DNA of 38,346 bases from a virus. The notes under the pieces are model-generated. The model made no database searches and was not told the DNA's origin. It saw nothing but the letters and a program-made list of their open reading frames with translations. The position numbers and the translations under genes were made by a program. Location of the stretch: positions 1 to 38,346 of IMG/VR virus record IMGVR_UViG_3300022137_000001; one strand, written 5' to 3'. Below are positions 26,696 to 33,752 of this stretch, piece by piece (position 1 is the first letter of the stretch; every line of letters starts with the position of its first letter).

Positions 26696-26768
26696 TTTTG
26701 TGGTGCTGTTTTCAATGGTATTGTTTTATTGCATTTAGAACGATAAAAAGAAAGGAAAAAATGATAAT

Positions 26769-27011
26769 ATGAAAATGGAACAAGTAAAATATATTTTAGA
26801 GGATGAAAAGTATAAAAATTATATCGATATTGATTTTTATGCAGCTAACGGAATGCCTCTTGGTGGTATAAATAGTGCTACTAATTGGTATATTTTTGAA
26901 AAAGATATGTTGATTGTTAGTACTGGAAGTTATATTTATTTTATAAATGTTGCTGATTTGAGTCATGTGATTATTAGGGGATTAGATGAGTCTGTGTTTA
27001 AGGAGGATTAA
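26769..27011 (+). CDS. Hypothetical 80-aa protein
   Basis: ORF in the colinear early block. Confidence 0.55.
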   Translation: MKMEQVKYILEDEKYKNYIDIDFYAANGMPLGGINSATNWYIFEKDMLIVSTGSYIYFINVADLSHVIIRGLDESVFKED

Positions 27012-27014
27012 GAT

Positions 27015-27257
27015 ATGGTATATGGTATAAGACCTTCACCTACAAGTTGTTGTTGGGATTGCAAGTATTATGATGTTGAAAGTAGATTTTGTAGTAATCT
27101 TGAAACAAAGACCTCTCGTTTTGGTCTTTGTCCTGATAAAACAGAGGTAATAGGGAATGAGGCAAATGAAAGGAAAAAAGTTATGGAACGGATTTATGGT
27201 GAGGGCTTTGATGAAAATGATGAGGAAATAAAAAAAAGGTATAAGGAAGTGAAATAA
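27015..27257 (+). CDS. 80-aa Cys-rich protein (CCWDC...C...C)
   Basis: Strong RBS aaggaggattaagatATG. Contains SCCWDCKYYDVESRFCSNLETKTSRFGLCPD. Confidence 0.6.
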   Translation: MVYGIRPSPTSCCWDCKYYDVESRFCSNLETKTSRFGLCPDKTEVIGNEANERKKVMERIYGEGFDENDEEIKKRYKEVK

Positions 27258-27272
27258 TAGAGGCTGTTAATA

Positions 27273-27500
27273 ATGACTGATGATTCCGAATTAAGACATG
27301 AATTCATTAAAGAGATGGAGAAAATCGGAAAGGAGAAACCATCCCATATAGATGATATTGATGACCTCTTTGAATTAGATAAGGAAATAGCGAAGTATGA
27401 GGAATATGTTAAGGAACATCCTGAAAGGTTAGGAGTTAAAGGAAACATAAAGACCCTAAAACATGTTCGTAAAGTGTTAGGTGAAAATAATGAGAAATAG
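27273..27500 (+). CDS. Hypothetical acidic 75-aa protein
   Basis: ORF in the colinear block, with tagaggctgttaataATG upstream. Confidence 0.55.
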   Translation: MTDDSELRHEFIKEMEKIGKEKPSHIDDIDDLFELDKEIAKYEEYVKEHPERLGVKGNIKTLKHVRKVLGENNEK

Positions 27501-27681
27501 AAGTATAAAAGATATATGTAATGATTTAAGTGAAGTGAATTCTGTTTTATCTAGATTAATAGAAACTTATGATGAGGAATCTATTGATTATGGGCTTAAA
27601 ACTAATATTATGGTAATGGAAAGCCAAAGAAGAGATTTACTTAAAGAATTAAAGTTTGTTATAAATCATAGATTTATTTGA
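27490..27681 (+). CDS. Hypothetical 63-aa protein
   Basis: RBS ttaggtgaaaataATG. Overlaps the upstream gene end by 11 nt. Confidence 0.5.
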   Translation: MRNRSIKDICNDLSEVNSVLSRLIETYDEESIDYGLKTNIMVMESQRRDLLKELKFVINHRFI

Positions 27682-27705
27682 AATAAATAAAATTTGATTG
27701 TTTAT

Positions 27706-28065
27706 ATGGAGTTTGGATTTATGATGTATGAAGAGAATATAAAAAAATTTGAAAATAACACTGATGATGAAGTGGTAGATTTTCTTGAAGCTATTTCTAA
27801 TATTGAAAAGAGATTATATCGTTCAAAGACTAGAATAGCTAGCCATAAAGCATATTATCTTTTAAACACCGATTGGAAACAATTGAACGAAGAAAGGGTT
27901 AAAGAAGATTTGCCCAAAATATCCAATCAGAATATGAAGGATGCTTATATTGCATCTATGATTGATGATCTTCAAAGCGAATATGATACCCTAAAAGTCA
28001 GGTATCATTATCTTCAGGAGTTATGGAAATATAGGTTAAGACATGGAAAAATAAGGGAAGAATAA
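27706..28065 (+). CDS. Hypothetical 119-aa protein
   Basis: First ATG in an ORF that the track starts at TTG 27694. Start uncertain (alternative 27721). Confidence 0.5.
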   Translation: MEFGFMMYEENIKKFENNTDDEVVDFLEAISNIEKRLYRSKTRIASHKAYYLLNTDWKQLNEERVKEDLPKISNQNMKDAYIASMIDDLQSEYDTLKVRYHYLQELWKYRLRHGKIREE

Positions 28066-28081
28066 GTGAGGTGTTATTTTT

Positions 28082-28255
28082 ATGAATCTTTTAAATCAGG
28101 AAATACAAGCTATTGAATATCAAATAGCTTATTATAAAAAGAAAAAACAGAAATATGAAAATTTAGGTGATCATGATACTGTTAGGTATTATGAAAGAAA
28201 ATTAGAAGAATTGGAAAAAGAACTTGAAATCCGTTTAAAAGAATCAAAAGACTAA
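28082..28255 (+). CDS. 57-aa coiled-coil protein
   Basis: RBS gtgaggtgttatttttATG. Not in the track (under 60 aa). Confidence 0.45.
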   Translation: MNLLNQEIQAIEYQIAYYKKKKQKYENLGDHDTVRYYERKLEELEKELEIRLKESKD

Positions 28256-28256
28256 T

Positions 28257-28415
28257 ATGACTGGTAAAGCATTAGATGTTGTGATTGAATTTTATACAAA
28301 TAAGATTCATGAACTTCAGGAAGAGAAGAAAATTGAGTTGAATGATAAGAGAATCTTTGTATTAGATAATCTTATCAATTTTTATAATCATAAACTTGAT
28401 GATCTAAAAAAGTAA
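28257..28415 (+). CDS. 52-aa protein
   Basis: ATG lies 1 nt after the previous stop. Not in the track. Confidence 0.4.
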   Translation: MTGKALDVVIEFYTNKIHELQEEKKIELNDKRIFVLDNLINFYNHKLDDLKK

Positions 28416-28437
28416 TTTATAATGGGTTTGGAGTTTT

Positions 28438-28764
28438 ATGTCATTAGTACAACTAACATTGGAAGGAAATATTCATTACAATGCAAAATGCAGTTATTGT
28501 GGTAAGCCTTTTGATAAAAGTAATTTACCGAATCGTGTAATGTATTGTAGTGAAAAATGTAGGATGAATGCACGATTAGAGCAAAAAGCAGCATATCAAC
28601 GGAAAAGGAGGAGATTAGCCCGTAATGGTGTGATTATAATTTCTGATAAAGAGAAAGGTTGCACAACATATAATAGTAATTTCCTTTCAGAACATAGACA
28701 TAAGGATTTTAGAAGGGAACAACGGGCAATTGAAAGGGAAATGAAAAGATTAAAGTTAAAATAA
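28438..28764 (+). CDS. Zinc-ribbon protein with a basic C-terminus (candidate regulator)
   Basis: KCSYCGKPFDKSNLPNRVMYCSEKCRMNA gives C-x2-C...C-x3-C, followed by KRRRLARN. It is the last early gene before a T-rich terminator. Confidence 0.6.
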   Translation: MSLVQLTLEGNIHYNAKCSYCGKPFDKSNLPNRVMYCSEKCRMNARLEQKAAYQRKRRRLARNGVIIISDKEKGCTTYNSNFLSEHRHKDFRREQRAIEREMKRLKLK

Positions 28765-28767
28765 ATA

Positions 28768-28816
28768 TTTTTTTCCAAATTATTATCTCTTTTTTTATTT
28801 TTTTTTACTATTTTTT
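28768..28816 (+). terminator. Oligo-T cluster ending the early operon
   Basis: T7, T6 and T9 runs directly after the stop at 28764. Confidence 0.35.
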
Positions 28817-28903
28817 GTATATATTTCTTCTTAAAATAATTAACTTAATTAATTGTTTTTTACAAATATTAAACTAATTTTTTTTCAAGTTGAGGTTTTT
28901 TTT

Positions 28904-30802
28904 ATGGTAAATGAGAAGATTACAGATATGTTTGTTGAAGGGTTGTTAAAAGAGGCAAATATTGATTTTATGCCTAATGGGAGCAGTATTAAAGAAATTG
29001 AAGATGCATTGAAAACGGCATCTAAAAGAGGAACGAATAAGGTAGGATTTCCAGAGTTTGTAGGAAAATCAAAAGATTTTATATTAGTTATTGAAGATAA
29101 AGCAGAAACCAACAAACAAGCATTATATTGTGAAAAAAATTCAAATCGGCTAGATTTAAGGGTAAATGCACTAACTGATTATGCAGAGAATGGTGCGTTA
29201 CATTATGCACAACATATAATAAACAATACAAATTTTAAAAAAATTTTCGCCTTTGGATGTAGTGGAGATGAGAAACACCATATTATCAGACCAATATATG
29301 TAGATGAAAACGATTACACATTATTAGAGGAAGTTGAAAACTTTGAAAACTTTAACGAGGAAAATATAGAACAATATTATAAAGAAATTGTACTTAATGA
29401 AACTCCTAATGAAGTTATAGAAATAGAAGAAGTATTAGAAAAATCAAAAGAACTAAACGAACTGTTAACATCACGAGGTAGCTTAACAGATACAGAAAAA
29501 CCATTAGTAGTATCAGCAATATTATTGGCATTAAATGAAAATGCAGACATTGACCAATTAATGAAAGCAGATAAAATAAGTAATGATGGAAAGATAATAA
29601 ATGATGCAGTTTGTTGCAACTTGCAAAGAATAAAAGTAGAACGAAAAGTAGAAGCTATAATGCATCAATTTAATTTTATAAAAGATAGACCCAATCTTAA
29701 TGAAGTGGATGAAAATTTAGGTAAAACTCCATTAAAGTATTTTACAGAATATATTAAAGATAAAATATTTCCTGCAATCTCAACGACACATGAAGATATA
29801 TTAGGTTTCTTTTATGGTGAATTTATTAAATATAGTGGGGGTGATGGTCAATCATTAGGGATTGTACTAACACCCACACACATAACGGAATTATTCTGCG
29901 ATTTATTAGAAATTACTCCGAAAGACAAGGTATTAGACCCTTGTGCAGGCACTGGGAGTTTTTTAGTATCAGCAATGAACAGAATGATAAAGTCAGCTAA
30001 AACAAAAGAAGAGAAGAAATATATAAAGGAAAATAATTTGCATGGGATTGAATTAAAAGAAAATATGTTTTCAATTGCTACAACAAATATGATTTTGCGG
30101 GGGGATGGAAAAACAAACTTAATTTGTGCCGACTTCTTAAAACAAGATCCGCAAGAACTCAGAAAAAATAAATATACTGTAGGAATGATGAATCCCCCAT
30201 ACTCTTTAAGAAGGAATCAGGAAACAGCTTATTTGTCAGAAATACATTTTGTCAAACATTTATTAGATTCTTTAGATGATAATGCAAGATGTGGAGTTAT
30301 TGTTCCGCAATCCGCAATGGTTGGAAAAAATAAAGAAGATAAAAACATTAAAAAAGAAATACTTAAGAATCACACTTTGGAAGGAGTTATAAGTCTTAAT
30401 GGTGATACATCTTTTTATAGGGTAGGAATAATACCTTGCATTGCAATATTTACAGCCAACAGACCACACCCACAAGAAAAACGATGTAAATTTATAAACT
30501 TTGAAGATGACGGTTATAAATTGTGCAAACATATAGGGATTGTTAAAACTGAACGAGCTATTGAACGAAGAAAACATTTATTAAAATGTTGGAGAGATCA
30601 AATTGATGCACCAAGTAAATTTATGGTAAAATCAACTATAAAACCAACTGATGAATGGTTACATTCTTTTTATTATTTTAATGATGAACTACCTAATAAA
30701 GAAGAATTTATTAGAACAATGAGCAATTATTTAACATTCGAATTTGATTTAGTTATGCAAAATAAAGATTATTTACTAATGGATGGTAATAATTATGACT
30801 AA
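28904..30802 (+). CDS. BcgI-A-like fusion: N-terminal PD-(D/E)xK nuclease-like domain plus gamma-class N6-adenine DNA methyltransferase
   Basis: FPEF-x13-LVIEDK (29051-29101). Motif I VLDPCAGTGSFL (from 29936). Motif IV NPPY (30191-30202). First ATG with a tgaggt RBS is at 28904. Confidence 0.75.
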   Translation: MVNEKITDMFVEGLLKEANIDFMPNGSSIKEIEDALKTASKRGTNKVGFPEFVGKSKDFILVIEDKAETNKQALYCEKNSNRLDLRVNALTDYAENGALHYAQHIINNTNFKKIFAFGCSGDEKHHIIRPIYVDENDYTLLEEVENFENFNEENIEQYYKEIVLNETPNEVIEIEEVLEKSKELNELLTSRGSLTDTEKPLVVSAILLALNENADIDQLMKADKISNDGKIINDAVCCNLQRIKVERKVEAIMHQFNFIKDRPNLNEVDENLGKTPLKYFTEYIKDKIFPAISTTHEDILGFFYGEFIKYSGGDGQSLGIVLTPTHITELFCDLLEITPKDKVLDPCAGTGSFLVSAMNRMIKSAKTKEEKKYIKENNLHGIELKENMFSIATTNMILRGDGKTNLICADFLKQDPQELRKNKYTVGMMNPPYSLRRNQETAYLSEIHFVKHLLDSLDDNARCGVIVPQSAMVGKNKEDKNIKKEILKNHTLEGVISLNGDTSFYRVGIIPCIAIFTANRPHPQEKRCKFINFEDDGYKLCKHIGIVKTERAIERRKHLLKCWRDQIDAPSKFMVKSTIKPTDEWLHSFYYFNDELPNKEEFIRTMSNYLTFEFDLVMQNKDYLLMDGNNYD

Positions 30803-31319
30803 TATAGATTTGTCTGTTTTTAATATTGATGATTTGTTTAATTTGTCAACAGGGGCAAATATTCCCAATTCTAAATTAAAGGAGGGGAAAATTCCCAGAA
30901 TTTCTGCTAAAGGATTAAACAATGGTGTCCAACAATATACAAGTGTTGTTAAAGATTCTAATTTTAGAACTAGCAATAATTTTATTTCCATATCCTTTTT
31001 AGGAGATTCATTTTACCACCCATACTTTGCAAGTGTAGATATGAAAATCCATATATTAAAACTAAAGAACATGGAATTAAATAAATATTTGGGATTATAT
31101 TTAACAACTATTCTAAACAATCAAATGAACAAGTATTGTTATGGAAATCAGTTATCTTTAGCAACTCTAAAGAAAGGAAGAATATTGCTCCCCATTAATT
31201 GTGAAAATGAACCTGATTTTGAATATATGGAAAATATTATGAGAAACATAGAAAAAGAACAAATTAAGAAATATATTGGCTATTTAGGAAAAATTAAAAA
31301 TAATGTTAAGTATAAATAA
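30795..31319 (+). CDS. Half-size HsdS/BcgI-B-like specificity subunit (single target-recognition domain)
   Basis: IDDLFNLSTGANIPNSKLKEGKIPRISAKGLNNGVQQY resembles the start of a type I S-subunit TRD. The gene overlaps the methyltransferase stop. Confidence 0.6.
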   Translation: MTNIDLSVFNIDDLFNLSTGANIPNSKLKEGKIPRISAKGLNNGVQQYTSVVKDSNFRTSNNFISISFLGDSFYHPYFASVDMKIHILKLKNMELNKYLGLYLTTILNNQMNKYCYGNQLSLATLKKGRILLPINCENEPDFEYMENIMRNIEKEQIKKYIGYLGKIKNNVKYK

Positions 31320-31340
31320 AGCATATTTCTTTTTCTATTT

Positions 31341-31361
31341 TTCCACTTTTATATATTGAAG
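31341..31361 (+). promoter_or_regulatory. Copy 2 of the conserved motif (TTCCACTTTTATATATTGAAG)
   Basis: 20/21 identity to copies 1 and 3. Followed by an A-rich tract and TGTGTA at +38. Confidence 0.5.
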
Positions 31362-31790
31362 ATGAAGAAAAAAAAGTTTGTGTAAGGACTATTCATTTTT
31401 TGATAAGTAACCATTTATCACCTAAAAGAGGAAAAAAATTTTTTCCTATATACTTTTGTTTTTTCTTTACACAAATTACATTTTTTTATCTTTGTTTTTC
31501 ACAACCGTTTTCAAGATGGATAAGTATTAAATTATTAAAAATAGATCATGAATCGTATTATCATTTTTTGTTTAAAATTTCTCCTTAAATTAAAAGAGTT
31601 ATAAAATATATAAAGCTGCTTGGCATTATCTTGTCATATAGAAACGTCGATGTTTAACTGTTCCTTTTAACACGCAATCATGCAATTTAATTCCTTTTTT
31701 ACTTATCCACCTATTTTTTTTAAATTTCTTTTTAAATAATAATAATTATACTTTTTTTTAGCTATTCTTTTAATTTTGCAGTCTTTAATG

Positions 31791-31811
31791 TTCCACTTTT
31801 ATATGTTGAAG
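31791..31811 (+). promoter_or_regulatory. Copy 3 of the conserved motif (TTCCACTTTTATATGTTGAAG)
   Basis: Identical to copy 1. The shared upstream block TAGCTATT lies 32-33 nt upstream in copies 1 and 3. TGTGTA at +36. Confidence 0.5.
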
Positions 31812-32149
31812 GAAAAAGAAAAAATATGTGTATAATTTTTTTTCTTAAAAGGACCTTTTCTTATAAACCACAATAAAAAAAGACAATGAAAATTAAATAT
31901 TTTCTAAAAAATTCTATAATAAATTATTGAAAATAAAAATTTGTAATTAATATTTTGTAAAAATTTTTAAGTATATTTTTATAATACTTTTACATAAAAA
32001 AATCAAGAAATAAAAAGACTTAAATAAATCCGTTAAAACAATGCAGAGAATGTACGTGTTTTAACATGTTTATAAGAGATAAGGGACATTTTTTATTCTT
32101 CTTTTTTATAATATACATTCCTTTTTCCTTTACAATATATAAAAGTTGA

Positions 32150-32344
32150 TTGGGGTTGTTAAAAATATTCTTAAAAAAACAATTAAAAAGAATAGACTTC
32201 ATAGAAAAATGCCCCAACTGCGAAAATAGCAATATAGTCTATGATGAACAACATGACGAAATACTATGTCTAGACTGTGGAGCTATTATACTACAAAACT
32301 ATACATTCTACTACAAGGACAGAAAAGAGAAGAAGAAAAAATAA
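32150..32344 (+). CDS. Stand-alone TFB/TFIIB-type zinc-ribbon protein (ribbon only, no cyclin core)
   Basis: KCPNCENSNIVYDEQHDEILCLDCGAIILQN (Cys pairs at 32210-32221 and 32267-32278), then a Lys-rich tail. Only TTG in-frame starts (32150 or 32156). An oligo-T terminator follows. Confidence 0.65.
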   Translation: MGLLKIFLKKQLKRIDFIEKCPNCENSNIVYDEQHDEILCLDCGAIILQNYTFYYKDRKEKKKK

Positions 32345-32345
32345 C

Positions 32346-32387
32346 TTTTTTTTTACATTTTACCTTTATTTTTATTTTTATTTTTTT
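32346..32387 (+). terminator. Oligo-T cluster after the zinc-ribbon gene
   Basis: A T9 run begins 2 nt after the stop, followed by further T5-T7 runs. Confidence 0.4.
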
Positions 32388-32512
32388 GGAAGGGTATGGG
32401 AAAATACTAAATTGCCTCCGAAAGTTAAAAAACCACTAATTTTAATGATGTTCTATATTCTTCCAAAAATTTTATTTTATCTAAACTAATCTTTATGGGA
32501 GGTGAAATAATT

Positions 32513-32731
32513 ATGGATCAAGCAACAATAAGTTCCTATGTAATACTCATATTATCACCAATACTCGGCTACTTTGCAGTATCATCAGAAACAGCAAACG
32601 CAATCTACGGAATAATAACAGCAATAATAATGCTAACTTTAGCTATTTGGAACGAAAAACATAACAGTACAGTTATATCTGGAACTGAAAAAGAAAACGA
32701 AGACACTGATGTAATTGTAGGAGAAGAATAG
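32513..32731 (+). CDS. Holin-like protein with two TM helices
   Basis: RBS gggaggtgaaataattATG. TM1 ISSYVILILSPILGYFAV, TM2 ANAIYGIITAIIMLTLAIW, then a WNEKHNST charged tail. Resembles LL-H/SPP1-type holins. Confidence 0.55.
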   Translation: MDQATISSYVILILSPILGYFAVSSETANAIYGIITAIIMLTLAIWNEKHNSTVISGTEKENEDTDVIVGEE

Positions 32732-32732
32732 A

Positions 32733-32984
32733 ATGCAAGACGAAAAATGTATACATGAAGCTGAAATAGCTGAAATCCGACAACAAATCAAAACATTATA
32801 CACACAGGATGCACGTATAGAGAAAACCCTAGACAAAATAGATAACACACAAGAAATGCTCCTACAACAAGTAACCACACTCAACAGTACAATAAACACT
32901 CTCAAATGGAGTGTAGCTATCTTCATAACTGCAACAGGAGGAATATTCATATTCCTCATAACAGAACTAATCAAAATAATATAA
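32733..32984 (+). CDS. XhlA-like protein (coiled coil plus C-terminal TM)
   Basis: RBS aggagaagaatagaATG. HEAEIAEIRQQIKTLYTQDARIEKTLDKI...LKWSVAIFITATGGIFIFLITELIKII mirrors the architecture of PBSX XhlA. Confidence 0.5.
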   Translation: MQDEKCIHEAEIAEIRQQIKTLYTQDARIEKTLDKIDNTQEMLLQQVTTLNSTINTLKWSVAIFITATGGIFIFLITELIKII

Positions 32985-33007
32985 AATATGGTATGGTGGA
33001 TTTATAA

Positions 33008-33637
33008 ATGACTAAAGAATGGGAAAGACAAAAAGGAGAATCTGGCAAAAGCTTTGCATGGTTCAAAGTATACAGAAATCTAGGACCATTAAGGTCTTTT
33101 CCAAAGGTCATAGATTACATTGAAAATGAGAAACTTAAAGAAAAAGCAAATGAAAACAAAGTAAAAAATCCAATTGTTATACCAGTACCTACATTAAGTC
33201 AACTAACTAATCAAAGTTATAAGTGGCAATGGGTTAAAAGATGTACTGCATGGGATAATTATCAAGACCAACAACAACAGTTACAATATAATGAAGCCTA
33301 CAATCAAACAAAAGACCAACTTATCGAGATGGGTAATGACATCATGAAAACTACCGAAAATATTCTCGATGAATTAAATTATGATGATGAAAGTAGACCT
33401 ACAAGCAAAGCACATGCAGTTAAAAGTCTTGCAGATAGCTTCGAAAAAACCACCAAAACAGTAAGACTATTGTATGGTAAATCTACTGAAATCAAAGACG
33501 GTAAAACAGACCTTAAAGCAGATGTTGAAGCCAAAGTAGAAAAAGACACCAAACTTGAAACATCACAGAATATAATCATGGATCCAGAATTTGTGAAATT
33601 ATCAAAAGGATTACTTGAAAAATATTCTGAACAATAA
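33008..33637 (+). CDS. terS: Terminase small subunit
   Basis: GESGKSFAWFKVYRNLGPLRSFPKV...YKWQWVKRCTAWDNY fits a common TerS/HTH pattern. The gene is directly upstream of TerL. Confidence 0.6.
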   Translation: MTKEWERQKGESGKSFAWFKVYRNLGPLRSFPKVIDYIENEKLKEKANENKVKNPIVIPVPTLSQLTNQSYKWQWVKRCTAWDNYQDQQQQLQYNEAYNQTKDQLIEMGNDIMKTTENILDELNYDDESRPTSKAHAVKSLADSFEKTTKTVRLLYGKSTEIKDGKTDLKADVEAKVEKDTKLETSQNIIMDPEFVKLSKGLLEKYSEQ

Positions 33638-33752
33638 CACAACCTTCACACCACGATTCTGAACATGAAAAATTAAAACCTATGGATTTTCCAATATCAT
33701 ACTCTTAATTGTATAATTTTTTCTTATTTTTTTTAAACAAAATAGCTATTCT

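Noticed and set aside
31400-31588. 62-aa + strand ORF inside the noncoding island
   Set aside because: It has only a TTG start and no RBS. Its sequence is Phe-rich and homopolymer-driven. The region is better explained as noncoding leader or ncRNA.
32083-32089. A fourth AGGGACA word outside the att region
   Set aside because: A single 7-mer occurrence is within chance expectation. Only the cluster next to int is treated as meaningful.
32277-32489. 70-aa + strand ORF after the ribbon gene, and the minus-strand ORF 32020-32232
   Set aside because: The first runs through oligo-T terminator tracts, giving a poly-Phe/Tyr product. The second is antisense to the ribbon gene and its promoter. Neither has an RBS.
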